Part shown: piece after piece, positions 1 through 8,939 of the stretch
Layout of the letters: every line of letters begins with the position of its first letter
Position numbering within the stretch: the first letter of the stretch is position 1
From: an uncultured virus (IMG/VR IMGVR_UViG_3300001592_000009)
Lineage: Duplodnaviria; Heunggongvirae; Uroviricota; Caudoviricetes
Length of the DNA stretch: 64,000 bases
Virus record (IMG/VR): IMGVR_UViG_3300001592_000009
Direction: 5' to 3' (one strand)
The notes under the pieces: model-generated
The model's input: only the letters and a program-made list of their open reading frames with translations
Database searches by the model: none
Told to the model about the DNA's origin: nothing
Position numbers and translations under genes: made by a program

Positions 1-8
1 AGAGACTG

Positions 9-752
9 TCAATTGATAGCGAGCGATTCAAAAGCTTTCACGTACTTGGGCATACGGAGCTCAATGACGTCCTTGGAGTGGTGTCGTCCAATATCACAAG
101 GGGATCGACCACCGTACTGTGGCATGGGCTTCCTGCTTGCTGTACAGTACTTTTCCACATGTCCTCGCCAGAGCTGTGGATTACAACCCGCTGCAAGACC
201 ACAGGCGCGTCTGTCCTTAGCGATACGTCCGATGCCCATGTTGTGCGCTGTATCGACCATATAGAGCCGTTCCAGAGGGTCTTCCACGGACCTCAATGTC
301 TTGAGACTGTTCTTGGTCAGCAAAATACCGGAGCGGATTTGAAGATCTGGTCTCTGCCGAACATTTAGCCACGACAGCTCTCGAAGCTCATCCATGTACT
401 GCTTTCGGAGATCGGAGAGCGTATCGAAGCGTTCGGACCCATCCGGGTTCCATGTCCTGGTGATCTGAAAAAATCCCACACCTTCCTCTCGTGAGTTGAG
501 GAGTTCCGACTTCGGATTCCAACAGCGCTTGTGTTTGAGGTTCAGGCAAGACTCGTGTTCTATGAGAGCACCATAGTAGTACGGACCATAGATGTCCGGT
601 GTGTGGCGGTTCGATTCCTCGATGATGACTGGGAAGAACTGATAAGCCTGTGGCGGAATGTGGGTCTTGACGGACAACGTTTGGCCATGGACAATCCACG
701 ACACCATCAGGGTGAAAAGAAAAGCGATGAGTTTCACGGGAGATCTCCGCAT
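9..752 (-). CDS. Endolysin, lytic transglycosylase (SLT-like), with N-terminal signal peptide
   Basis: Catalytic-type motif IEHES, then EEGVGFFQIT and AHNMGIG (SLT motifs ES / G..Q / AYN.G). Hydrophobic N-terminus ending VHG-Q. Several Cys residues. Lies next to a 3-TM protein. Confidence 0.8.
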   Translation of the reverse strand: MRRSPVKLIAFLFTLMVSWIVHGQTLSVKTHIPPQAYQFFPVIIEESNRHTPDIYGPYYYGALIEHESCLNLKHKRCWNPKSELLNSREEGVGFFQITRTWNPDGSERFDTLSDLRKQYMDELRELSWLNVRQRPDLQIRSGILLTKNSLKTLRSVEDPLERLYMVDTAHNMGIGRIAKDRRACGLAAGCNPQLWRGHVEKYCTASRKPMPQYGGRSPCDIGRHHSKDVIELRMPKYVKAFESLAIN

Positions 753-756
753 AAGA

Positions 757-784
757 GATGAGACAGGGTGACCCCTGTCTCATC
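757..784. terminator. Hairpin between holin candidate and endolysin
   Basis: GATGAGACAGGG-tgac-CCCTGTCTCATC, perfect 12-bp stem. Confidence 0.5.
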
Positions 785-798
785 TTGGGTAAGTGAAG

Positions 799-1200
799 TT
801 ACTTCGTACCGAGCACAGAGGCCAGGATCACAATCGAAATAGCAACGCTAGAAAGACCGACACCAATCAAAGCCAAACCAGCGCCAGTAGAAGTCTCCAT
901 GGCCTTGGTGAAGAACACCGATAGATCCACGTAGTCGAACATGGCTCGTCGCGAGAGATGCAGCAGTGTCACGTAGAGCACGGCTGAGATCAGCAGCACG
1001 ATGGTGGCTACGAAACCTGCGGCGATCGGAAGTGCAGTTACCAGCTTGGAGTCGGGATCCGTCACGAAGAGCAGCAGCAAGGCCAAGGCGCCGAAAAACC
1101 CCATGAAGAGGTAGCGAAAGCGGATGCCTTTATGCTTGACTTCCAGGTTGGTAGGAGAATCGGGGTTGGTAGCCGGATCAGTATTTTGGTTCTCGTCCAT
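799..1200 (-). CDS. Membrane protein, putative holin
   Basis: 133 aa, three hydrophobic segments, directly upstream of the endolysin, SD AGGAG. Confidence 0.55.
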   Translation of the reverse strand: MDENQNTDPATNPDSPTNLEVKHKGIRFRYLFMGFFGALALLLLFVTDPDSKLVTALPIAAGFVATIVLLISAVLYVTLLHLSRRAMFDYVDLSVFFTKAMETSTGAGLALIGVGLSSVAISIVILASVLGTK

Positions 1201-1259
1201 GGGTACTCCTTCTAAAGTTGGGTAGAGATGTCAGATGATCTAGAAAGATTTTTCACGGA

Positions 1260-1297
1260 CAGCACACTCAGACAGGACTTAGCGTCCTGTCTGAGTG
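1260..1297 (-). terminator. Hairpin terminator, TRTG class
   Basis: CACTCAGACAGGAC / GTCCTGTCTGAGTG stem just after the stop at 1312, with TGTGCTG at its 3' base on the minus strand. Confidence 0.65.
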
Positions 1298-1311
1298 GAA
1301 ACCGGTAAAGA

Positions 1312-1926
1312 TTAAGCTTCCCAGGTCATCGCTGGGATGAGGGCATCCACATCCGCGATACTGGTCGGAACGGGAACAGCTCCAGTGGTCACTTGCGTGA
1401 AGTAGTTCAGGAGGTTGGCCCAGATCTGATCACGCAGGGTATAGCCGCGCATGGCTTCGGCAGCAAAGCTCGGGATGGCCGAGTAGCGGTAGCCGGTCAA
1501 GTGGATGAAGTCCTTGTACTGCTTGGTGCGAGCAAACTCATCCAGCTTGACAGAGACATAGTCGCCAGCGAGGCTGTAGACGTGCTGGACCGTGGCTGGA
1601 TCGATCTCGGAGATCGATTTAGCCGTCATGGGAGCCATGGGGTCTTCGGGGTTCTGGACTTGGAAGGTGCGAAGGATCTCAGCCAGGGTCAGAGGACGTT
1701 TGGTGTATACCACATGGACCGCGTCAGGACGCACTTCAAGGGACTCATCCACCGTGCCGAACTGATCGGGAGCCGGAGCCTCTGTCTTGACGACAGGGGT
1801 GTAGAAACTCAGGGGGTGGGCACGGTTCTTGATGTGGATACGGTAGACGGGGTATTCAACAACCTTGCCGTCAACAACGCGGGCAAAGAGATCGAGATCG
1901 TTCAGAGTGACGTTGGATTGAGTCAT
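1312..1926 (-). CDS. Tail fibre assembly/chaperone-like protein
   Basis: Likely start MTQSNV. C-terminal LDEFARTKQY...SFAAEA...RDQIW pattern is typical of phage tail-fibre-associated proteins. Confidence 0.55.
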   Translation of the reverse strand: MTQSNVTLNDLDLFARVVDGKVVEYPVYRIHIKNRAHPLSFYTPVVKTEAPAPDQFGTVDESLEVRPDAVHVVYTKRPLTLAEILRTFQVQNPEDPMAPMTAKSISEIDPATVQHVYSLAGDYVSVKLDEFARTKQYKDFIHLTGYRYSAIPSFAAEAMRGYTLRDQIWANLLNYFTQVTTGAVPVPTSIADVDALIPAMTWEA

Positions 1927-1975
1927 GTATAAAGCTCCAAAGTGTTTGGTGATCGGTGTCAGAGGATCTTTGGTC

Positions 1976-3010
1976 TTAGACGAAGATCTTCCATCCAGTT
2001 GGTCCATTCCAACCATTCCAGGACCCGGAGATAGCCACTGTAGACCCATCTTGGGAGATCGCCAAATCGAAAACCGAAGATGGTGGCGAAAGAGGAACTT
2101 CTATCCAGGATCCGTTAACGTTTTTCAGCACCACTGCATATGAAGAGCCTGCAATGGCTATAGTCTTAGTGTCCTTCGACATCTTCATCAAGCCGATATA
2201 GCCGCCAAAGGAAAGCGTCACACGTCTGGTGAAGATCCATGAAGCGCCAGACCAAGAGTAGAAATCAACACCGTCACCATAACCGTTGATCATTATCGAG
2301 CCGTCGTAACTAATCGCTACAACGCCAGCTGTTGTCACGATGTTCTGTATCACATTGTAGGAACTTCCGACTTTCTTCACCGCCGCAATCTTCGACTCTA
2401 AGGGGATGCTGACTCCCCCCATGGTGCCGTCAGCACTTACAGTAGGCGGTGTGGTAGTTTGGTAACTCCCACCAAAGACAGATACCCACCCGACACCGGA
2501 GAGCTGATGATAGTAGTGCGGACTGTCTGCTGACGAGTTCATGAACCTGTATGTACTGCCACTAATTTCAGGATACTCCACCGACCCGGTCCAACTCACA
2601 AGAGTCTGCTTTTGGAACTTCCGGACACGTGACCAAGACTCTACTCCTACCGTTACAGTGTCATCATTCTCGGCTTGAGATCCGATAAGAAAGGCGTCCC
2701 CATCTGGGAAAAACCACACACTTGAACCCATGGCGTAGTCCGTCGCTCTTCCAGACACATAGCTAATTCCTTCCGATATCGTTGCTTTGAGACTCCATGC
2801 TGAATTTTCACGGTGGTGAATAGTCGCTCCAGACCACGGATATGCTGGATTTCCAAGGACTGCCAAATCACCGTTGCCGGAGAGTGACACCGGCCCATGC
2901 CCAGATCTTGCGGGATTAGGGATAAACGCCTGTTCCAGACCCTTAAAAGTCGGCTTCACCAGGGTGAATCTCTTCGCCGGACTCCACGCACTTTCTACTT
3001 CAGTAGCCAT
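1976..3010 (-). CDS. Degenerate FG-GAP-like beta-propeller protein (putative receptor-binding/appendage head)
   Basis: Start MATEVESAWS with SD AAGGA. Repeats VSLSGNG / AISYDGS / MSKDTK / AISQDGS. Paralogous N-terminus to 3061-4302. Confidence 0.65.
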   Translation of the reverse strand: MATEVESAWSPAKRFTLVKPTFKGLEQAFIPNPARSGHGPVSLSGNGDLAVLGNPAYPWSGATIHHRENSAWSLKATISEGISYVSGRATDYAMGSSVWFFPDGDAFLIGSQAENDDTVTVGVESWSRVRKFQKQTLVSWTGSVEYPEISGSTYRFMNSSADSPHYYHQLSGVGWVSVFGGSYQTTTPPTVSADGTMGGVSIPLESKIAAVKKVGSSYNVIQNIVTTAGVVAISYDGSIMINGYGDGVDFYSWSGASWIFTRRVTLSFGGYIGLMKMSKDTKTIAIAGSSYAVVLKNVNGSWIEVPLSPPSSVFDLAISQDGSTVAISGSWNGWNGPTGWKIFV

Positions 3011-3060
3011 CTTCATTCCTTTCATCCCGTGGCTCTCTGGCCACGGGAGTGTGTTTCACA

Positions 3061-4302
3061 TCAGATAAAAACGTAGGCAGCGCCAGCGTTCGTACCGCGG
3101 GGATTGGTGTTGAAGTACGCACCACCGACACAGGTCTTGCCGTCTCCGGAAAGAGAGACGGAGTATCCGAAGCGATCAGAGGTCGCACCATCGGCCGGCA
3201 GTAGCTTGGAGGTCTGCTCCCAAACAGCACCACTCTTCTTGAAAATAACAACAGCACCACTACCACTGCCTTTGTCATCGTCAAGATAGGCTCCGACAGC
3301 ACAGAACGATCCGTTGTCACTGATCGAGACAGAGTGACCGAAATAGTCTCCAGCAGAGCCGTCTGCCAACATCAGTTTGCTGTGCTGAGACCAGGTGACT
3401 CCTGAACGTGTGTAGACATACGCCGCACCTGCAGAAGTTCCCTTGGTATCGTTGCCGTAGGCTCCAGCGAGTACTGTGTTTCCGTCACCAGAGATAGAAA
3501 CGGAATACCCCAGGCTATCACCGGATGCTCCATCAGAAGCCGTCACGCGAGCCTGTTGTGACCAAGTGGTTCCGGAACGGGTGAAGACATAGACGCATCC
3601 GTGGTCTCCAGCAGTACCATAAGCGCCGACGGCGATGTCGTTACCGCTGTTCGAAAGAGAGACAGACCGGCCAAAATGCATGCTGGCATCGCTCACTGTG
3701 AGCTTTACTTGCTCTGCCCACACTGCTCCTGTGCGGACATAGATGTAGACGGCACCTGCATCGGTAGTAGGTGAATCTTCCAGATGGCGACCCACAGCCA
3801 AGGTATTCCCATCCGAACTCAGGGTGATAGAGATCCCGTACGAAGTGCCGGCTTCTGCTGCAGGCGGAAGCAGTTTCGTTTGCTGAACCCAGTCAGACCC
3901 TGACTTGACAAAGACATAGACAGATCCGCGGTTCGTACCGGAATCATCATCGTTGATAGAAGAAACGGAGACAGTGGCCCCGTCTCCGGAAATAGCCGCT
4001 GCGTAACCGAAGTTATCTCCAGACTGACCATCACTGGCTGTCAATTTTGCCTCCTGGCTCCAAACGCCGTTCTGACGGCGATAGACATAGGCGGCGCCGA
4101 CCTGACTGCCGGTAGCTCCGCTGTTCACAGACCCAATAACGCAAATGCTACCATCGTTCGATACGGAGACAGAGTTACCGAAGAAGGCACTGGCTGCGCC
4201 ATCGTTTGCCAGCAGTTTGGCTTGCTCCACACCAGAGATATCGTCACTCACCACGGTGAATCGCCGACCATTGCTCCAAGGACTCGTAATCAAAGTAGCC
4301 AT
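3061..4302 (-). CDS. FG-GAP repeat (integrin-alpha-like) seven-bladed beta-propeller protein
   Basis: Seven repeats of FG.SVS.S.DG....VGA....G.AYV(Y/F). Start MATLITSPWS with SD GAGGA. Confidence 0.9.
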   Translation of the reverse strand: MATLITSPWSNGRRFTVVSDDISGVEQAKLLANDGAASAFFGNSVSVSNDGSICVIGSVNSGATGSQVGAAYVYRRQNGVWSQEAKLTASDGQSGDNFGYAAAISGDGATVSVSSINDDDSGTNRGSVYVFVKSGSDWVQQTKLLPPAAEAGTSYGISITLSSDGNTLAVGRHLEDSPTTDAGAVYIYVRTGAVWAEQVKLTVSDASMHFGRSVSLSNSGNDIAVGAYGTAGDHGCVYVFTRSGTTWSQQARVTASDGASGDSLGYSVSISGDGNTVLAGAYGNDTKGTSAGAAYVYTRSGVTWSQHSKLMLADGSAGDYFGHSVSISDNGSFCAVGAYLDDDKGSGSGAVVIFKKSGAVWEQTSKLLPADGATSDRFGYSVSLSGDGKTCVGGAYFNTNPRGTNAGAAYVFI

Positions 4303-4347
4303 TGTTTCCTCATCTTTCATTGAAAATAAAATCGAACCACTGACCGA

Positions 4348-5166
4348 TCAGTGAGGGTCTGTCACTGTTGAGAAGTACAGTGCAGCGCTCCAGTCACCCC
4401 ATCCGCCACTCAAACCGTTGTAACGCGCTCTGGCCCAATACTCCGTGTCGTGACTCAACCCCGACACAGAGACAGTCGACGCTTGGTCGCTATAGAACAT
4501 GCTGTGCAGAGAACTGAGTCCACTGTCAGAGTAGATCTCTAACTGGATCTTTTGGGCGCTGGTGGTGAGAAGATCACCCACCCTTGAGCTGAACTCCGTC
4601 AAATAGAAGATAGGGGATGTAGATACATCATCAGAATACCACTCCATAGGGTAGATGATGGTAGGGACATCTGGACGTACGACGCTGAGGTCGATCATTG
4701 AGATCTCGTTGTTCACGCTCAACCGGATCTTACCCGAGGGACACTCCTCTACAGTTGGTAGCTTCAGTGTCAAAACGCCATCCACTAGACTGAATCTTTC
4801 AGCCATGGGAAGACTGTTGGGCTGATCCACAGTGACGTGGTAGTAAGTAAAGCTGTCGAAGTTCAGCAGTTTGTAGACGCTAAGCTCCCTTGGGGCTCCT
4901 TGGACGGACGGTGTGTAAGGGACAACCGCGTCCCCTTTCAGCCAGACAGTTCTTCCAAAGACCGAGAGCTTGTTACTGGTCTTCGACTTCAGCAAGACAC
5001 GCATGCCTAGTGACGGACTCTTCTGAATATAGAGAATGTCAGGCTCTATAACCACAGGAAGGTCCACCACCCGTTTGAATTCACGGACAACCATGGTGGA
5101 GATCTCCGATCTTGTTTTAATGGCTTTCAGAGGATTTGAGCCTCTGATCCTTTCTACTGGCAACAT
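4348..5166 (-). CDS. Virion appendage protein with C-terminal fibronectin-III-like domain
   Basis: C-terminal VSGLSHDTEYWARARY...WGDWS...FST. Confidence 0.7.
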   Translation of the reverse strand: MLPVERIRGSNPLKAIKTRSEISTMVVREFKRVVDLPVVIEPDILYIQKSPSLGMRVLLKSKTSNKLSVFGRTVWLKGDAVVPYTPSVQGAPRELSVYKLLNFDSFTYYHVTVDQPNSLPMAERFSLVDGVLTLKLPTVEECPSGKIRLSVNNEISMIDLSVVRPDVPTIIYPMEWYSDDVSTSPIFYLTEFSSRVGDLLTTSAQKIQLEIYSDSGLSSLHSMFYSDQASTVSVSGLSHDTEYWARARYNGLSGGWGDWSAALYFSTVTDPH

Positions 5167-5170
5167 AACA

Positions 5171-5201
5171 TCCAGCTCCAGGGGACGACCCTGGAGCTGG
5201 A
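5171..5201. terminator. Intergenic hairpin
   Basis: TCCAGCTCCAGGG-gacga-CCCTGGAGCTGGA, flanked by CATA and TATG. Confidence 0.6.
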
Positions 5202-5216
5202 CCTATGGCGCGACTT

Positions 5217-6446
5217 CTAGACAGCACTCTCACCTGTATAGCGTACACGAGCATACAGGACAGTGCCGGAAGGAGCACGATAGCTCGTCCTCCACGATAC
5301 CAGATCCTGGACAGACCCTGTGACGCTTCCAACGACGTTGACGAAGTTCACATCGGTAGCGATCTCCCAGTCACTACTGACATGGGACGCGTAGCCTTGC
5401 TCCACGGCAAAGCCCGAGCTGGTCAGATCATTACCCAGGTTAAACTGCTCACCATCGAGACCTGGCTTGGTCACGACAGGCTTACGGATCACCGCAGGGA
5501 GATCGATGTTTGGCTGGTAGTCCGTTGCGTTGTAGCGCACCCGACCGTAGTACTCTCCGTTCGGGAGACGGAGGGTCAGAGAGGTCAGATTCACGGTGTC
5601 TTCGTAACCAGAATACACGATGTTCGTGAAGTTACGATCACTGGCCACTTCCCAATCGCTGGAGTGATGAACACGGTCCGACATCACCCACCGGTAGTCA
5701 CACTTGGCGGTACCGGACACGACTACACCGACGCTGGTAGCGCCGTTCAAGTAGAGAGTACGGTGCGACATCGCTTTCCCGACACCGTAGACCTTTCCAT
5801 TGAACGAGATCTCCACTTTCCCGTCGATACCTTCACGACCAGAGAGATCTAGCGCTGTAGCACCTACCGGGACTGCAAGTACACCGGTGATCAGTTGTGC
5901 TTCGTTGGAGTAGCGGATACTAGAATCCACCATCCGACTGGACTGGAAGGTGAAGAGAGACTCCACACCTTGATCCAGTCCTGGCGCTGTGATCTCTGGG
6001 GTCAGAACCCCTGGCTGTGTCAATCGAATCGTGACGCTTCGACCGTTGATAGTCAAAACGAAAGATTCTCCAGACAGGGGCGCTGTGACGTACACGACTT
6101 TGTCGCCGATCTCCACCGGCAAGACTGGTACGGTACTGGCCGTGATGTTGTCGATGGCATTCTGGGCAGTGAGGCGAAAACGTGCCCGCTTCCCATACTC
6201 CACGGACCTCGGTCCGTCGATGGGATGTCCTCTGGCACCGGCTGTGAGATTGATAGAGTCTTCAGAGATGAGACCGTTCTCATCCAGCATCAGGATGCCG
6301 TTGGGAGCACCGAGCCAGCTGCGAGGGATGCCACCGAGAGCATCGACTGCGTCGCTGACCGTGCGACTCCCCGTACCACCTTTGGAGATGGGTACAGGGG
6401 ACGTGATCCGTAGTACGGGTGTTTGGTCCTGCAACTGACGCAGCAT
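5217..6446 (-). CDS. Tail fibre/appendage protein with two FnIII-like domains
   Basis: N-terminal PISKGGTG...AVDALG fibre motif. Two H.SSDWE(V/I)A.D.NF.N.V ... Y.RVRY repeats. Confidence 0.75.
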   Translation of the reverse strand: MLRQLQDQTPVLRITSPVPISKGGTGSRTVSDAVDALGGIPRSWLGAPNGILMLDENGLISEDSINLTAGARGHPIDGPRSVEYGKRARFRLTAQNAIDNITASTVPVLPVEIGDKVVYVTAPLSGESFVLTINGRSVTIRLTQPGVLTPEITAPGLDQGVESLFTFQSSRMVDSSIRYSNEAQLITGVLAVPVGATALDLSGREGIDGKVEISFNGKVYGVGKAMSHRTLYLNGATSVGVVVSGTAKCDYRWVMSDRVHHSSDWEVASDRNFTNIVYSGYEDTVNLTSLTLRLPNGEYYGRVRYNATDYQPNIDLPAVIRKPVVTKPGLDGEQFNLGNDLTSSGFAVEQGYASHVSSDWEIATDVNFVNVVGSVTGSVQDLVSWRTSYRAPSGTVLYARVRYTGESAV

Positions 6447-6458
6447 GGATCAGCCTCC

Positions 6459-6797
6459 TCAGGCTTCGTCGCTGACGTAGTCCACACGCACTACGACACC
6501 GGGACCAGCCTGCACCCAGATCACTTCGCCTTCACCGATGATCCGGCAGCTGTGTTCCAGGTGACCGTTGTTCTTCTCGATGTGGGCGTACTCGATGCGG
6601 TCCACCAGAGAAGGACTGCTGCCATCCGGAGCAGCCCAGAGTCTCGATCGTGCGATTGGTCGTGGTGTNCGCCGGATCGTTGGACTGTGTTCGTATTCGA
6701 TGGCCATGATGTGCATNGNCACATACGAGCCTGCCGGGATCTGACCCACGCGCTGTACCGTACCGTCCGTGATCAGTTTGTTCAGAAGTCCGCTCAT
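6459..6797 (-). CDS. Hypothetical virion-cluster protein (112 aa)
   Basis: ATG with SD AAGGA. Two of its three Ns fall at third codon positions of this frame. Fills the gap to the next gene. Confidence 0.65.
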   Translation of the reverse strand: MSGLLNKLITDGTVQRVGQIPAGSYVXMHIMAIEYEHSPTIRXTPRPIARSRLWAAPDGSSPSLVDRIEYAHIEKNNGHLEHSCRIIGEGEVIWVQAGPGVVVRVDYVSDEA

Positions 6798-7563
6798 GAG
6801 AGTTCCTTGTAAGTGAAAAGAAAAAGAGATCCGTCAAGGACGGAGGTTCAGAAGCATCAATGACCTGGCGCAACGTGATATACTTCTCCAGAGGCTGAAG
6901 AGTCATCACTTCTTCATCTGTCGCCATCTCCAGATTAGCAACCTTACCCAAACCCACAGAACTCGCAGTCTGGTGGTGTAGGTCGTAATCCAGGATGTGG
7001 GCTGCCATCATCGCAGGAATCTCGTTAGGACGAGCGAGGATGGCTTCCTCGATGGCTTGGAGGCGCAGGAGGAGAGCCCCGTGTCCTTCGATATCCGTGA
7101 CAGGGTGTGGATGCTCCGTCGGAGGGAAGATCTCCTGGACGTTGGTGAGTCGATCCCACCAAGTCGTGCGACGGTTGTAGACACTCTCCAACAACCGCTC
7201 ATAGACATAGTCCACATCCGCACACCACTCACCACCCACGGTCTGGTAGCGAAGACGGATCGTGCCTTCCACCAGTCGGTTGGTAATGCAGAGACCGCCG
7301 TAGACGGGCTTCCCGGTGGAGCGGGTAGCCGCCATGTAAGGGAGGGAGCAATAGTAGTCTGCACCTTCCTCCATGGGACTCGCTACACCCATGACATCCA
7401 CGTGCTCCACAAGGAGGTTGTGGAGATAAAATGGAGCGAACGTAGGGATGAGGATGCGGTATGTGTCGTCGTTGATCTCGGTCAGGGTGTGGAGTTCGTT
7501 CTCCACCAGGTTGCTAGCAGCCAACCCTGTCAAGTCCAACGGATAAACTGGTGTAGTCACCAA
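6794..7563 (-). CDS. phiKZ-like tail/baseplate structural protein (3' end uncertain)
   Basis: YPLDLTG...SNLVENE.H N-terminus and FAPFY, YQTVGG, VGLGKVAN motifs are recurrent in phiKZ-like tail proteins. As sequenced the frame runs on to 6532, but it probably ends near 6800. Confidence 0.65.
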
Positions 7564-7675
7564 AGTCCTCCAATCTCTGCGTTAAAATGGACAAGTCGCA
7601 CGGGTCACAGCCGTGAGGACTCTTTTCAAACATTCAAGTGCCAGGGGCACCTCACACCATATGGACGGCCTGTCT

Positions 7676-8923
7676 ATGTATACTTATCTCTCTTCTCGCG
7701 TCCTTCCCAACCAGACAAACGCCCAGTGGCTCGATGTGGATATCTCCATGACCATCGTCAGAGATATCTTTGTCGATTATCGAGAGATCTATCTCAAACT
7801 GAACCGGGATGGTGTTGAGATCTTTGTTGACCTGAACCAGCTGAGGACCAGGTACGCTAGTTACAACAACCGTCTCTCAGTACTTCTCCAGTCTCTGGGG
7901 AACACAGGCCTCGACACTGTGGCAGGTTTCCCTGAAGGCCAGAACCACTTTGCCATCTACCAGAATGCTTTCAGGGTAGGTTATTCCGCCAAACTGTCGG
8001 AGCGCGGTGTATACCACCCTCCCGGCTATCCTCGTGAACTTCTTCCGGACATTGAACTGACTCGTGCGTTACAACCCACGGATCTCTCCCTCCTGCACAG
8101 CCATTGTCTGGTCTCTGTCAACGGCTACTACCACATGACAGACACAGATGGACAGCGAGCTTGGGTCGTCGACGGCGGCAAGTCCACCCAGGCTTCTGCC
8201 ACGGGACACATCGGCATCTTTAGCTTCGTATCCGTCGGTAAGCTCCACAAGGAAGCGATCAATATCTCCGCGATCACCCCCTCCGATACCGGTAAGCCGT
8301 TGTTTGAAGGAGTCGTCATCCACACGACCCGACCCGTCGTAGACAACTCCTTCTTTCTGGTGCTGGGCGGGTACCTGGTCTTTCCACAGGACCAAGTCTT
8401 CTGGCAGATTACAGAGACCAGCTTTGGCATCCGTCTGAAGGAGCTCCGCTATCTGGAGCGTATCTCAGAAAGTCTGCGGTACATCAACCTGGACAAGCTG
8501 GAACTGACCGCTTCCGTGATCCATCAACAACTTCTGAACGTCGATGAACTGACATCTGATGCGGTGATCCGAAAGTACTTTGGTCTGAGTCAGTCGTTCT
8601 TCGTCTCCGTAGAAGCACCTCCTCTGTTCGTGAACAAGAAGTTCTTGCGTCAGATGCGCGCCCCTGGCATCTTCACCGCCTTTCAGGAACCGAAGTACCC
8701 GCTCATCATGGGTTCAGGTCGTGCTGTGGAGTATTGGAAGGTCAACGAAGGTCAGTACTGGTCTGTCAGCGCAGCCGATAGTTTCTACCGCAACTACATC
8801 TTTGATCGACAGCACATGCGAACCCTGTCGAACGTCACCCCCAGTAACTCGTTTGATCGACCTTTCTTCTACAGCCAAGGCATGCTGCTGGAAGTCGGTG
8901 TCTTCAAGCCCCAAACCCCTTGA
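7676..8923 (+). CDS. Conserved phiKZ-like virion structural protein
   Basis: Long ORF with likely start MYTYLSS. Motifs CLVSVNGYYH and LVLGGYL are recalled from phiKZ-like structural proteins. Confidence 0.6.
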   Translation: MYTYLSSRVLPNQTNAQWLDVDISMTIVRDIFVDYREIYLKLNRDGVEIFVDLNQLRTRYASYNNRLSVLLQSLGNTGLDTVAGFPEGQNHFAIYQNAFRVGYSAKLSERGVYHPPGYPRELLPDIELTRALQPTDLSLLHSHCLVSVNGYYHMTDTDGQRAWVVDGGKSTQASATGHIGIFSFVSVGKLHKEAINISAITPSDTGKPLFEGVVIHTTRPVVDNSFFLVLGGYLVFPQDQVFWQITETSFGIRLKELRYLERISESLRYINLDKLELTASVIHQQLLNVDELTSDAVIRKYFGLSQSFFVSVEAPPLFVNKKFLRQMRAPGIFTAFQEPKYPLIMGSGRAVEYWKVNEGQYWSVSAADSFYRNYIFDRQHMRTLSNVTPSNSFDRPFFYSQGMLLEVGVFKPQTP

Positions 8924-8939
8924 CCCTTAGGAGGCTATC

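Noticed and set aside
3061..4302. FG-GAP repeats as a eukaryotic integrin transfer or a DGR target
   Set aside because: FG-GAP propellers are widespread in bacteria and phages. No reverse transcriptase or near-identical template/variable repeat pair was seen in the window.
6532..6793. C-terminal extension of the 343-aa ORF
   Set aside because: It overlaps a better-supported gene that has its own SD and wobble-position Ns, and the extension looks like off-frame translation.
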